Shown piece after piece: positions 30,924-41,436 of a stretch of 64,000 bases of DNA. Numbering within the stretch: the stretch's first letter is position 1; each line of letters opens with the position of its first letter. The stretch lies in NCBI GenBank assembly GCA_963766735.1, contig CAVYBU010000002.1, forward strand, positions 224,001 through 288,000. Reading direction: 5' to 3'. The DNA is from an uncultured Chloroflexia bacterium (GTDB taxonomy: Bacteria; Chloroflexota; Limnocylindria; Limnocylindrales; CSP1-4). A program made the translations under genes and the position numbers. Under the pieces are notes generated by a model. That model did not search any database, was not told the DNA's origin, and worked only from the letters and a program-made list of their open reading frames with translations.

Positions 30924-31814
30924 GTGACCGACCTGGCAGCCGAACTGCGAGTTGCGCTGGCGGAGGTGCTCGCGGGCACCCGCCCCGGAGCCGTGATCGA
31001 GTCCGACAACCTGGACGCGCTCGCCGCCATCCCGGACGGCACGGTTGACCTCGTCTACGCGGACCCGCCGTTCGCGACCGGGGGCGTGCAGCGCCTGACG
31101 TCGATCCGGACGGGATCGGGAGAGCGGACTCGCCGCGGCTTCGGGGGTCGCGAGGTTGCCTGGGAGGTGGTGGGCGAGCAGGCGTGGGCGGACGACCTGC
31201 CGCTCCCCGAGCACCTCGCCTCGATCCGATCACGCCTGATCGAGGTCCACCGCGTGCTGGCGCCCGAGGGTTCGCTGTACCTGCACGTGGACTGGCGGAC
31301 CGTCCACCACGTGCGGCTCCTGCTGGACGAGGTCTTCGGGGCACAGCGATTCCTCAACGAGCTCGTCTGGGCCTACGACTTCGGTGGCCGGACCCGGGAC
31401 CGCTGGCCCCGCAAGCACGACACGATCCTGTGGTACGCGAAGGGCGACGCCTGGACCTTCGAGCGCGACGCCATCGACCGGATCCCGTACATGGCACCCG
31501 GGCTGGTGGGCCCGGAGAAGGCGGCCCGGGGCAAGCTGCCCACGGATGTCTGGTGGATGACAATCGTGCCACCCGGCTCGAAGGAGAGGACGGGCTACCC
31601 GACCCAGAAGCCGGTCCGGCTGCTGGAGCGGATCATCGCTGCGTCCAGCCGGCCGGGGGACCTCGTGCTGGACCCGTACGCCGGGAGCGGCACCACCGGG
31701 GTGGCCGCGGCGAGACTCGGTCGACGGTGGCTGTTGATCGACCGGAACCCCGCAGCGGTGGCGATCGCCCGCGCGCGGCTGGCGGCCGAGGGCGGACCGG
31801 AGGAGACCGGATGA
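30924..31814 (+). CDS. Site-specific DNA methyltransferase (N4/N6, beta class)
   Basis: DLVYADPPF (motif IV) precedes YPTQKP and DPYAGSGTT (motif I). Confidence 0.93.
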   Translation: MTDLAAELRVALAEVLAGTRPGAVIESDNLDALAAIPDGTVDLVYADPPFATGGVQRLTSIRTGSGERTRRGFGGREVAWEVVGEQAWADDLPLPEHLASIRSRLIEVHRVLAPEGSLYLHVDWRTVHHVRLLLDEVFGAQRFLNELVWAYDFGGRTRDRWPRKHDTILWYAKGDAWTFERDAIDRIPYMAPGLVGPEKAARGKLPTDVWWMTIVPPGSKERTGYPTQKPVRLLERIIAASSRPGDLVLDPYAGSGTTGVAAARLGRRWLLIDRNPAAVAIARARLAAEGGPEETG

Positions 31815-32608
31815 TCTCGGCAATCACCCTGGACTTCGGCAACACCCTGGTGCCCGTCTCGGCCGCCGGCCTGCACGGGGTGGTGGCGCACACGGCGCGC
31901 GCGATGGCCGAGCGCCTCGGCACCACCGACGCTGACGAGGTGGTCCGCACCTGGGCCGAGGAGCGCGAGCGCCAGTTCCGCGAGGAGGTGCCGCAGTTCC
32001 GCGAGGTTGACCTCGCTCAGCGCATCACCCGCATCCTGGCGAGGCTCCGAGGGATGGCCCCACCGACCGCGGACGCCCGCTGGGACGACGGGGTCGCGGC
32101 CTCGTTCAGCGAGCCCGCCGAGGTGGCCTGGGCCGTGGAGGTCTACTCGCGCGGGTTCGTGGCCGCGCTGCCCCCGGCCCCCGAGGCGACGGCACTCCTC
32201 GCCAGCCTCGCCTCTCGCTATCGCCTGGCGATCCTGTCCAACTGGCCGCTCGCGGTGACGATCGACCGCTATGTCGAGGCCGCCGGCTGGTCGCCGCATC
32301 TCGCCGCGGTCGTGGTCAGCCAGCGGGTGGGGACCATCAAGCCGCACCCCGCGATCTTCGCCGCGGCGCGAAGGGCCCTCGGCGACCCTGAGCCCGGCGC
32401 GATCCTCCACGTGGGCGACGACTGGGCGGCGGACATCCTCGGCGCGAAGCGGGCGGGCTGGCGCGCCGCGTACCTTGCGTCACGGCCCGGCGATTCGCCG
32501 CTTCCCGGCAGCGAGCGGAGCGACGAGGTTGTGGCGGATCTCGAGCTGGACACCCTCACCGACCTCGAGCCCGGGCTATCCATCCTGGAGGCCGCGGATC
32601 GCGCCTGA
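31811..32608 (+). CDS. HAD family hydrolase
   Basis: LDFGNTL, LSN, KP, HVGDDWAADILGA. Confidence 0.9.
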   Translation: MISAITLDFGNTLVPVSAAGLHGVVAHTARAMAERLGTTDADEVVRTWAEERERQFREEVPQFREVDLAQRITRILARLRGMAPPTADARWDDGVAASFSEPAEVAWAVEVYSRGFVAALPPAPEATALLASLASRYRLAILSNWPLAVTIDRYVEAAGWSPHLAAVVVSQRVGTIKPHPAIFAAARRALGDPEPGAILHVGDDWAADILGAKRAGWRAAYLASRPGDSPLPGSERSDEVVADLELDTLTDLEPGLSILEAADRA

Positions 32609-32658
32609 ACCTCCCGGGTCGCGCCCCCGGACCCGCGCGCCTCGGTAGACTCGGTGCC

Positions 32659-33033
32659 GTGGAAACGCGGGACCGAGTCGCGAACCTGGGGCTGCTGGCG
32701 GCGGCCGTCGTCGCCTGGGCGCTGGTGGCGATCGTGGTCACCACGCGAGACCCGTATGCGGACGCGATGGCCGGCTACCTGGGCGCCCTCCTGATCGGCC
32801 TCGCGGTCGGCATCACGGCCATCCCGCTGGCGTGGCTGATCGTGTTCGCGCGCCACCGCCGGATCGCCTACAGCGGCGACTGGTTCCGCGCCGCGCGCCG
32901 CGGGGGCTGGATCGGCCTGCTGGTGGCCGTGATGGTGATCCTGCGCCTCGTGGACGCGTTCCAGATCCCGATCGTCCTGTTCCTCGCCGCCATCTTCGTC
33001 GTGGCCGAGATCACGCTCTCGGCCGAGCGCTAG
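32659..33033 (+). CDS. Four-TM hypothetical membrane protein
   Basis: Hydrophobic helices, AARRG motif; TAGACT 7 nt upstream of GTG. Confidence 0.78.
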   Translation: METRDRVANLGLLAAAVVAWALVAIVVTTRDPYADAMAGYLGALLIGLAVGITAIPLAWLIVFARHRRIAYSGDWFRAARRGGWIGLLVAVMVILRLVDAFQIPIVLFLAAIFVVAEITLSAER

Positions 33034-33041
33034 GAGATCCC

Positions 33042-34259
33042 GTGTCCGAGTCGACGTTCACCGCGCGTCCCGCCGAACCGTTTGCCGACGTGAAGAGCCG
33101 AGCAGCCGCAGCCGTCGATGCGGCCCGCGATGAGATCCTCGACCTCTCGCACCGGATCCACGCCAATCCGGAGCCCGCCTTCGAGGAGCACGACGCGTCG
33201 GCCTGGGTGGCCGAGGCGGTTGTCCGCCACGGATATGCCGTCGAGCACCCGGCCGGTTCGCTCGCGACTGCCGTCCGCGGCCGGCTGACCGGGGGCCTGG
33301 GCGCGGATGGTCCGCGGATCGGGATCCTGGCGGAGTACGACGCGCTGCCCGGTCTGGGCCACGGATGCGGCCACAACACGATGGCGTCGTCCGGCGTGGG
33401 TGCGGCGATCGCCCTGGCGGCGGTGCGTGATGCCTGGGCGGGCGAGGTGGTCTTCCTCGGGACGCCCGCGGAGGAGCGCGGCAGCGGCAAGGAGATCATG
33501 CTGCGGGACGGCCTGTTCGACGGACTTGACGCGGCGCTGCTGTTCCACCCGTGCGACCGCGACCACGTCGAAATCGCGCCCCTCGCGTCGGAGGACGTGG
33601 TCATCGTGTTCAAGGGCCTCCAGTCCCACGCGGCATCTGAGCCGTGGGCAGGGAAGAACGCCCTGGACGCGATGATCGCGCTGTTCGTCTCGGTTGGGCT
33701 GTGGCGCCAGCAGCTGCCCCCGCACTGCAGGGTCCACGGGATCATCCAGGAGGGGGGGACCGCCGCGAACATCATCCCGGACCGCACGCGGGCGTGGTTC
33801 ATGATCCGCAGCGCCGACCAGCCGTATTACGAGGTCATGAAGGCCCGCTTCCGCGAGCTGTGCGAGGCGGCCGCGATGGCAGCCGGCGTCACCGTGGACG
33901 TCGAGTTCTCCGGTGCAGCGTCCACCATGAAGCACAACTCCACGCTGGCGCAGCGCTGGAATGCCAATGCGGAGGCGTACGGCATCGTCGACGAGGGCAT
34001 GGACCCGACGTCCGGCTCCACGGACATGGCCAACGTCTCCTGGGCGATGCCGGCGATCCACCCCGACCTCGCGATCGTCGATGTGCCCACGCCGGGCCAT
34101 TCGATCGAGTTCCGCGACGCGGCGGCGCGCCCCCGGGCGGACCGGACGGTGCTGCTGGCGGCCACGCTGGTGGCTCAGACGGCGCTGGACCTGCTCCTGG
34201 ACCCGGTGCTGGTGGAGGAGGCATGGGGGGAGTTCCGCGGAGAGCCTGGCGCGGGATGA
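33042..34259 (+). CDS. M20D amidohydrolase (ACY1L2/AbgB-like)
   Basis: IHANPEPAFEE, AEYDALPGLGHGCGHN, GTPAEE, GSTDMANVS. Confidence 0.93.
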   Translation: MSESTFTARPAEPFADVKSRAAAAVDAARDEILDLSHRIHANPEPAFEEHDASAWVAEAVVRHGYAVEHPAGSLATAVRGRLTGGLGADGPRIGILAEYDALPGLGHGCGHNTMASSGVGAAIALAAVRDAWAGEVVFLGTPAEERGSGKEIMLRDGLFDGLDAALLFHPCDRDHVEIAPLASEDVVIVFKGLQSHAASEPWAGKNALDAMIALFVSVGLWRQQLPPHCRVHGIIQEGGTAANIIPDRTRAWFMIRSADQPYYEVMKARFRELCEAAAMAAGVTVDVEFSGAASTMKHNSTLAQRWNANAEAYGIVDEGMDPTSGSTDMANVSWAMPAIHPDLAIVDVPTPGHSIEFRDAAARPRADRTVLLAATLVAQTALDLLLDPVLVEEAWGEFRGEPGAG

Positions 34260-34801
34260 CCGATGCCCTCCGGGGTGAGCTGGCCCTGCGGTACCGGCGA
34301 CCGGTCGAGGATGACCACCGGCGGCTGGTCGCGGTCATCGACGACTGGTGGGGCGGGCGCCAGCTTCATCATCTCCTGCCGAGGCTCTGGCTCCAGCATT
34401 TCACGGGCACATCATGGGTAGCCGAGACCGGCGACGGACGCCTCGTGGGCTTCCTGGTCGGCTTCGTGAGCCCCGACCACCCGGAAATGGCGTACATCCA
34501 TCTCGTCGCGACCAACCCCAACATGCGGCGTCGCGGCACCGGGCGGGCCCTGTACGGGAGGTTCATCGACGACGTGCGGTCCCGGGGCGTGCGCCGCGTC
34601 GTCGCGATCACCTGGCCGGGGAACCGTCTCTCGCTCGCCTTCCACCGGTCCCTCGGGTTCCTGGCACGCGACGGCGAGGGAACGCGCCCGGCCTACGGGA
34701 CGCCCGCCATCCCGGACTACGAGGGCGACGGGTCGGAGGTCACGGTCCTCGAGCTCGACCTTGCTGGCGGGTCGGGTGAGGCGCGGCCGGGATCGGGCTG
34801 A
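34256..34801 (+). CDS. GNAT family N-acetyltransferase
   Basis: DDWWGGR, YIHLVATNPNMRRRGTGRALY, NRLSLAFHRSLGF. Confidence 0.9.
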   Translation: MTDALRGELALRYRRPVEDDHRRLVAVIDDWWGGRQLHHLLPRLWLQHFTGTSWVAETGDGRLVGFLVGFVSPDHPEMAYIHLVATNPNMRRRGTGRALYGRFIDDVRSRGVRRVVAITWPGNRLSLAFHRSLGFLARDGEGTRPAYGTPAIPDYEGDGSEVTVLELDLAGGSGEARPGSG

Positions 34802-35064
34802 AGGCCGCTGCCACGCGGGCGGCCGACAGGCCCGCGATGTGTCCCGACGCGGCAGGCCCGATGGTGCAAGGCGACGGGGCAGGCCCGGCGCAGTCGGGAC
34901 GGCGCGGGCTGGACCTCGCAGGCTCCCGCTCCACGGTCCGGCCCACTTTCGCCGGGGCGACGGGGGACCGGGTACGATGCCGCCCTGCGCGCCCCGCCGG
35001 TTGGTGGACCCCGCTGGCGGCGCCCACGGACAGGGCGACACGCCTCCCGGCACCGAGGTGACGC

Positions 35065-36165
35065 ATGGGAGACGCGACCGCCGGAGGATTGCCAGTGGCT
35101 GAGCGCCCGAACCACCCGGAAGCCGACGACTTCGCCGCCCGCAACGGCTGGGCCGGCGCGTACGAGCTGTACGACGATGCCGACCTGCCCACCTACGTCG
35201 GGCTGCCAACGTTCATGAAGCTCCCGTGGGTGCCGGACGCGGCGGAGCTGCGGGCCCGCAATGTCGACGTCGCCATCGTCGGCGCCCCGTTTGACGACGC
35301 CGTCAGCCACCGCTCCGGCGCCCGCTTCGGCCCCCGGGCGATCCGCGAGGCGCAGTACACCTCGGGCTCCGTCTATTCGCTCCAGCTGGACGTGGAGCCG
35401 TTCGAGGTGCTCACGGTCGTCGACGCCGGCGATGCCAACATCGTCCCCGCCTGGATCGAACGCGCTCACGCGCTGATCTACCGCAAGGTCCGCGACGTGG
35501 CTGCGACCGGCGCAATCCCGATCGTGCTTGGTGGCGACCACTCGATCACGTGGCCCGCCGCCACGGCCGTCGCCGAAATCCGCCGACCCGGCAGCATCGG
35601 CATTGTCCACTTCGACGCGCACGCGGACACCGCCGCCGACGACTGGGGCGTCCTGGCCGGTCACGGCACGCCGATCCGTCGGCTGATCGAATCGGGTGCG
35701 GTGAAGGGCAGCAACTTCGTCCAGGTCGGCCTCCGCGGGTACTGGCCGCCGCTGGAGACGTTCGAGTGGATGAAGGAGCACGGCCTGCGCTGGCACCTGA
35801 TGCGCGAGGTTGAGGAACGCGGCGCGGAGGCGGTGATCGATGACGCGATCGCCGAGGCGCTCGATGGTCCGGACGCCGTCTACATCTCCGTGGACATCGA
35901 CGTCATCGATCCCGGGAGTGCCCCCGGGACGGGCACACCCGAACCGGGCGGGTTCCTGCCCCGGGAACTCCTGCGGGCGGTCCGACGGATCGCCTTGGCG
36001 GTTCCCATCGCCGGCATGGACATCGTGGAGGTCTCCCCGCCGTACGACCATGCGGAGGTCACATCCATGGCCGCCAACCGCGTGGCGCTGGAGTTCATCT
36101 CCGCGCTCGCGATCAAGCGCCTCGCCGGCGAGGCGATCCGCTTCGAGCGCCCGGAGCCCGCGTGA
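35065..36165 (+). CDS. speB: Agmatinase-family ureohydrolase
   Basis: GARFGPRAIR, GGDHS, HFDAHADT, HGTP, SVDIDVIDP, APGTGTPEPGG. Confidence 0.9.
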   Translation: MGDATAGGLPVAERPNHPEADDFAARNGWAGAYELYDDADLPTYVGLPTFMKLPWVPDAAELRARNVDVAIVGAPFDDAVSHRSGARFGPRAIREAQYTSGSVYSLQLDVEPFEVLTVVDAGDANIVPAWIERAHALIYRKVRDVAATGAIPIVLGGDHSITWPAATAVAEIRRPGSIGIVHFDAHADTAADDWGVLAGHGTPIRRLIESGAVKGSNFVQVGLRGYWPPLETFEWMKEHGLRWHLMREVEERGAEAVIDDAIAEALDGPDAVYISVDIDVIDPGSAPGTGTPEPGGFLPRELLRAVRRIALAVPIAGMDIVEVSPPYDHAEVTSMAANRVALEFISALAIKRLAGEAIRFERPEPA

Positions 36166-36944
36166 GCGTCGAGTCCGCCGCGGAGGCGCTCGCCCGCCTC
36201 TACGACCTCGACCTGTCGGAGGACCCGGGCGACCTTGACCTGTACCTGGCCCTGGCGGGCCGCACCGGCGGGCCCATCCTGGAACTGGCGGCCGGGTCCG
36301 GGCGCCTGACCGTCCCGCTTGCCGCCGCGGGCCATGACGTCACCGGCGTGGACCTGGACGCGGCGATGCTCGCCCGCGCCCGCCGCGCCGCCGACGGTGC
36401 AGGCAAGGCGACCGCCCGCCGGATCCGCCTGGTGGAGGCCGACGCGCGGACCATCCGCCTGGACGCCGCGGCCACCTTCCGCCTCGCGTTCATCCCCCTC
36501 AACTCGATCTTCCTCATGGGCGGCCGGGTGGACCAGGCCGCCGCCGTCGCGACCCTGGCTGCCCACCTGGCCCCGGGAGGGTTGGCCGTCGTGGATGCAT
36601 GGCTGCCGGATGCGGATGACCTGTCCCGATACGACGGGCGCCTGATCCTGGAGTGGGTCCGCGACGATCCGCGCACGGGGCGCACTGTGACCAAGAGCGG
36701 CAGCGCCGTGTTCGACCAGACCACGGGTGAGATCAGGCTCACCACGTTCTTCGATGCCGGCCTGCCCGGCGAGGCACCGATGCGCTGGGTTCGGGCGGAC
36801 CGACTGCGCCTCGCGAGCCCGGACGACCTGGTGGGCTTCGCCGAGGCCGCGGGGCTCGAGGTGGAGACCCTCGCGGGCGACTACGGGCTCGCTGACCTCG
36901 CGCCCGGCGCGGAGCGTGTCGTGCTCATCGCCCGCCGGCGCTGA
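36162..36944 (+). CDS. Class I SAM-dependent methyltransferase
   Basis: ILELAAGSGR, GVDLDAAML, EADAR, HLAPGG. Confidence 0.9.
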   Translation: MSVESAAEALARLYDLDLSEDPGDLDLYLALAGRTGGPILELAAGSGRLTVPLAAAGHDVTGVDLDAAMLARARRAADGAGKATARRIRLVEADARTIRLDAAATFRLAFIPLNSIFLMGGRVDQAAAVATLAAHLAPGGLAVVDAWLPDADDLSRYDGRLILEWVRDDPRTGRTVTKSGSAVFDQTTGEIRLTTFFDAGLPGEAPMRWVRADRLRLASPDDLVGFAEAAGLEVETLAGDYGLADLAPGAERVVLIARRR

Positions 36945-37020
36945 GGACCCTTGCGGAGGGCGCGGATGGGACCTTCGGGGGCGGGGTCGGTCGCTCCCCC
37001 CACATGGTAGAGTCGGCTCG

Positions 37021-38159
37021 ATGTCGGACCAGATCCGCCTCCTCGTCGTCGAGGATGTCCCCCAGGTCGCCCAGTACATCCGCGGGTTGCTGAACTCGCA
37101 GTCCACGATCAAGCTCCTGGACGTGGCGAGCGACGGCAGCAAGGTGGCGCGCCTCATCTCCGAGCTCCACCCGGACGTGGTGCTGGTGGACTCACTTCTC
37201 CAGGGCCGCCTCAAGGGGCTCGCGCTCGTGGAGCAGATCCACGCGTCCGGCGGGCAGGTTCCGGTGATCGTGCTGACGGTGCCTCAGCAGCCCGTCCAGC
37301 CCGACCCGGCCTCCGGGATCCATGGCGTGCTCTCGCTGCCGTTCACCGGCTACGAGCTGGTGACGCGCATCCAGCAGGTGATCCAGGCTGCCGCTGCCAG
37401 CGAGTCCACGGGATCGGCTCGAATGGTCACGGTCTTCGCGCCCAAGGGAGGCGTGGGCAAGACGACCATCGCGTTCAACCTGGCGGTGGCCGTGGGGCAG
37501 CTGGGCAGGAAGACGGTGCTGATCGACGGCTGCCTCCAGTTCGGCGACATGCGGGCGCTGCTCAAGGTGCCCACGGAGGCGCCATCCCTGCTCGACCTGC
37601 CCACCGACCGGATCGCGGAATCGGACCTGCAGGACGTGCTGTGGCGGGACCCGTCCGGGATCGACATCCTCCTGGCGCCACCCCGCATCGAAATGGCCGA
37701 GATGGTCACGGTGCGGGATCTTGAGAAGACGATCTCGCTGCTGCGCCGCGTCTACGAGGTGGTCATCGTGGACACGCCGGCCGTCATCAACGACGTCAAC
37801 CTCGCCTTCCTCGACGCTTCGGACACGATCCTCGAGGTCGTCACGTACGACTCGACGACGATCCACAGCACGATGGTCATGGCGGACGCCTTCCGGATGA
37901 TCGGCTACCCGCCGACCAAGGTCCACTACCTGGTCAATCGCGCCGATTCCCAGGGGGGCTCGACCCCAAGGTCCTCCATCAGGCGCTCGGCCGCGTCCCG
38001 GAGCACAGCGTCGGCTCTGGTGGGGCGCTCGTCGTGCGCGCCAACAACGAGGGCATCCCGTTCGTCCTTGCCGACTCGTCGGCCCAGATCAGCCAGGACG
38101 TGATCCGGACCGCGTCGGAGCTCATCGAGCGCGGCGCACCAGTGGCTGCGCAGCGGTAG
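37021..38159 (+). CDS. Atypical receiver + CpaE/TadZ-like (MinD/ParA) ATPase; apparent 1-nt deletion in G6 run at 37953-37958
   Basis: REC-like N-terminus, KGGVGKTT, LQFGD, IVDTP; adding one G restores LGRVPEH...RANNEGIPFVL to TAG at 38157-38159. Confidence 0.85.
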
Positions 38160-38166
38160 CGCGGGG

Positions 38167-39087
38167 GTGTCGGACCCTCGCCCGATCGGCATCTTCGATT
38201 CCGGTGTCGGCGGTCTCACCGTCCTGCGCGAGATCCTGCGCCGGTCACCCCACGAGTCCACGATCTACCTGGGCGACAACGCGCGCGCCCCCTACGGCAC
38301 GCGCACGGACGACGAGGTCCTCCGGTTCTCGGCAGAGGCACTGGACGAGCTTGCGGCGCGCGACGTCAAGGCGCTGGTGGTGGCCTGCAACACGTCCACG
38401 GCCGTCGCGCTTCGATTCCTGCGTGCCCGCTACGCCCTGCCGGTGCTGGGCGTGGTTCGCCCGGGCGCCGCTGCTGCTGCCCTCGCCACGCGGAACCGGC
38501 GCGTCGGCGTGATTGCCACGCCCGCGACCGTCCGCTCGCACGCCTACTTCAACGCGATCAAGGACGAGAACCCCGCGGTCGAGGTCTACGAGCACGCGAC
38601 ACCGCGCTTCGTGCCGATGATCGAGGCCGGGATCCTGTCCGGACCGGAGCTCGAGGCCGTCATGCAGGAGGAGCTCGCCCCACTCCTGGGCGAGCGCGAC
38701 GGGGCCGGCGAGTTCGTCTTTCCGCGGCCGCCTGGAGCCATGATCGACACGCTGCTGCTCGGCTGCACGCACTACCCGCTGTTGCGCGGCCTGCTGACCT
38801 CCATGGTGGGGGACCGGGTCGCGATCGTGGATTCCGCCACGGCGACGGCGGCAACCCTCGCGGAGCTGCTCTCCGTGAACGGGCTGGAGGCGCCCGGCAC
38901 CACCCGGGGGACGGCGGCGGATCCGGGCAAGGCCGGCCACTCGCGTCCGGCGGAGGCGTACGGGGAACCCGCCGCGCATGTCCAGCTGACCACCGGTGAC
39001 GTCGACCGCTTCCAATCGATCGCGTCACGGATGTTCGAGGGATCGTTCCCGGACGTGGAGGCGGTCACGCTGCGGGAGGTCGGCTGA
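38167..39087 (+). CDS. murI: Glutamate racemase
   Basis: IFDSGVGG, PYG, ACNT, LGCTHYP. Confidence 0.96.
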   Translation: MSDPRPIGIFDSGVGGLTVLREILRRSPHESTIYLGDNARAPYGTRTDDEVLRFSAEALDELAARDVKALVVACNTSTAVALRFLRARYALPVLGVVRPGAAAAALATRNRRVGVIATPATVRSHAYFNAIKDENPAVEVYEHATPRFVPMIEAGILSGPELEAVMQEELAPLLGERDGAGEFVFPRPPGAMIDTLLLGCTHYPLLRGLLTSMVGDRVAIVDSATATAATLAELLSVNGLEAPGTTRGTAADPGKAGHSRPAEAYGEPAAHVQLTTGDVDRFQSIASRMFEGSFPDVEAVTLREVG

Positions 39088-40331
39088 TGGCGGACGGCGG
39101 TTCCCGCGGAGGAGGCGTCGGACGCGGCGGCCGGATCCCCGACGAGCGCCTGTGGCAGATCGGGTTCGTGGTCGGTTCGGTGGTCGGTGCCACGGTGACC
39201 GTCGCCGGCCGGCGGCTCGAGCAATCGGCGCGCCACGCGGGTCTCGTGGACTGGCGCCGCGTAGAGGACATCGCCATGGCTCGGCTCCGGCGCGCGCCCG
39301 GTGCCCTGTCGGAGGCAGAGCTGCGGGCGTCAGAGGGGAGCTACGCCTCGGCGATGGCGCGGGTCGTGCCCGCCCTGGGCGCCCATCTCGGCACGGACCT
39401 GCCCGGAGTGGTGGATCGCGTGGCGGTGGTGGACCGTGCGGCGTGGGTGCGCGCCAACACGGAGGCCTTCGCAGCGCTCATCGGCAGGCTCGAGGGCAAC
39501 CTCCTGGACCAGATGCTCCCGCCGGGCGGGGGCATCGGCAAGGCGGCGGTGACGCTCGCCAACCGGTGGGTCACCACCCGCCAGCTGGGCATGCTGCTGG
39601 GGTTCATGGGCCAGCGGGTCCTGGGTCAGTACGACCTCGCGCTGCTCTCGGCGGAGACCACGCCGGGTCGTCTGCTGTTCGTGGAGGAGAACATCCGCCA
39701 GACCGCCCGGGCGATGGACGTGCCACTGGGGCCCTTCCGGACCTGGATCGCGCTCCACGAGACCACCCACGCCTTCGAGTTCGAGGCACATCCGTGGCTG
39801 CGCCCGTACCTTGCCGGGCGCCTGGAGCGCCAGCTGTCGCTCTTCTCGGACGACGCCACGGCGCTGGGGAAGGACGCGGTCCGCGCCCTTGGTGCGGCGC
39901 TCCGCGGCGATGGGCGCCGGGACGACATGCACTGGCTGGAACGGATGATGACCGAGGAGCAGCGCGGGCTGTTCCGCGAGATGCAGGCGGTCATGAGCCT
40001 GCTGGAGGGCTTCAGCGACCACGTGATGGACGCGGTCGGCAAGGACCTGGTCCCCGACGTGGAGCGGATCTCGTCGCGATTCCACGGCCGTCGCGCGCAG
40101 CGGACGCCCTTCGAGCGGGCGATGCTGCGGGTCACGGGCATGGACCTCAAGCTGGAGCAGTACCGTAAGGGCGAGGCCTTCGTGGCCGGGATCGAACGGG
40201 CCACCGGGGCCGCGGGGCTGCGCCGGCTGTGGGATGGCCCTGAGACGTTGCCGACGCCCGAGGAGATCGACGCACCGGACGCCTGGGTCCGGCGAATGGG
40301 CCTGGACCGGCCCGAAGGAGGCATGGCGTGA
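39087..40331 (+). CDS. Zinc-dependent metalloprotease-like protein (zincin, DUF2342 type)
   Basis: VLGQYD, ENI, WIALHETTH, MSLLEG, KLEQYRKG, LPTPEEI. Confidence 0.88.
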   Translation: MADGGSRGGGVGRGGRIPDERLWQIGFVVGSVVGATVTVAGRRLEQSARHAGLVDWRRVEDIAMARLRRAPGALSEAELRASEGSYASAMARVVPALGAHLGTDLPGVVDRVAVVDRAAWVRANTEAFAALIGRLEGNLLDQMLPPGGGIGKAAVTLANRWVTTRQLGMLLGFMGQRVLGQYDLALLSAETTPGRLLFVEENIRQTARAMDVPLGPFRTWIALHETTHAFEFEAHPWLRPYLAGRLERQLSLFSDDATALGKDAVRALGAALRGDGRRDDMHWLERMMTEEQRGLFREMQAVMSLLEGFSDHVMDAVGKDLVPDVERISSRFHGRRAQRTPFERAMLRVTGMDLKLEQYRKGEAFVAGIERATGAAGLRRLWDGPETLPTPEEIDAPDAWVRRMGLDRPEGGMA

Positions 40332-41392
40332 CCGACGGCACCTCGAACGGCCCCGGACCCGGTGCAGGACCCGGTGGGGTCCCTGTGGCCATCGCCCTCA
40401 CGCCGATCCTGGCGGCGCGGTACCGGACACGCGACCTCGAGGCGATCCGGGCCGCGGCACCCGGGGCACGCATCGTCACGATCGGGTTCGACGGGCACGC
40501 AGACGGACCGATGGACGACGTGGAGGCGATGCTTCGCGGGCGCCTCCCGGCTGAGACGTTCGACCGGATCCTCTACCGCGCGCCATCGCTGCGCTGGGTC
40601 CACTCCGCCACCGCGGGGGTGGAGCGTGTGCTGACCCCGTCCAGCCGCTCCCGTGGTCTCGTCATCACGAACGCGCGGGGCGTGTTCAGCCGGCCCATCG
40701 CCGAGTACGTCATGCTCATGATCCTCGCGATCTCCCGCCGCCTGCCCGAGCTGATGGAGCTCCAGGCGGAGCGCACGTGGCAGCCGCTCGAGGCGCGCGA
40801 GCTGCGGGATGTCACGATCGGGATCGTGGGCCTCGGGTCCATCGGACGGGCCGTCGGCGCGCTGGGGACGGCATTCGGGTGCCGGGTCATGGCGACCCGT
40901 CGCCGCCCCGAGGCTGGCTCGCACGCGACAGATGGCGCCGGCGACGAGCCCTTCCTGGGGTCGATGATGCTCGACCGCGTCCTCCCCCCGGAACGCCTTC
41001 CGGAGCTCCTCGCGGAGTCCGACTTCGTGGTGCTGGCCGCACCGCTGACGCAGGACACCCACGGGCTGATCTCGAACGAGGCGATCGCCCGGATGAAGCC
41101 GGGTGCCTGGATCATCAACGTGGCCCGCGGCGAGCTGATCGATGAACGGGCCCTCGCTCGCGCGCTCCTGGACGGGCGCCTGGGCGGTGCCGTGCTGGAC
41201 ACCTTCCTCGAGGAGCCCCTGTCGCCCACGTCGCCGCTGTACGACCTGCCGAACGTGATCCTGACGCCGCACACGTCCTGGTCGTCCACGCGGGTCCTGG
41301 ATCGGTCCGTGGACCTGTTCTGCGAGAACCTGCGCCGGTTCGCCGCCGGACGTCCGCTGGTCAACGTGGTGGACCCGGACGCAGGCTACTAG
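40328..41392 (+). CDS. D-2-hydroxyacid dehydrogenase
   Basis: TAGVE, NARG, GLGSIG, INVARG, EPL, TPH. Confidence 0.92.
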   Translation: MTDGTSNGPGPGAGPGGVPVAIALTPILAARYRTRDLEAIRAAAPGARIVTIGFDGHADGPMDDVEAMLRGRLPAETFDRILYRAPSLRWVHSATAGVERVLTPSSRSRGLVITNARGVFSRPIAEYVMLMILAISRRLPELMELQAERTWQPLEARELRDVTIGIVGLGSIGRAVGALGTAFGCRVMATRRRPEAGSHATDGAGDEPFLGSMMLDRVLPPERLPELLAESDFVVLAAPLTQDTHGLISNEAIARMKPGAWIINVARGELIDERALARALLDGRLGGAVLDTFLEEPLSPTSPLYDLPNVILTPHTSWSSTRVLDRSVDLFCENLRRFAAGRPLVNVVDPDAGY

Positions 41393-41436
41393 GCGTTCCC
41401 GACCCACGGGCCGCCCGACAGGGGCACAATCACCCC

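Noticed and set aside
34827-34925. CAGGCCCG recurring at ~26-27 bp spacing (mini-CRISPR-like)
   Set aside because: Only an 8-bp GC-rich core in three copies, spacers too short and similar, no cas genes; a degenerate tandem repeat.
34973-35064. Guanidine riboswitch upstream of the ureohydrolase
   Set aside because: No ykkC-I, twin ACGR-loop or ykkC-III consensus visible; the enzyme has ordinary agmatinase motifs.
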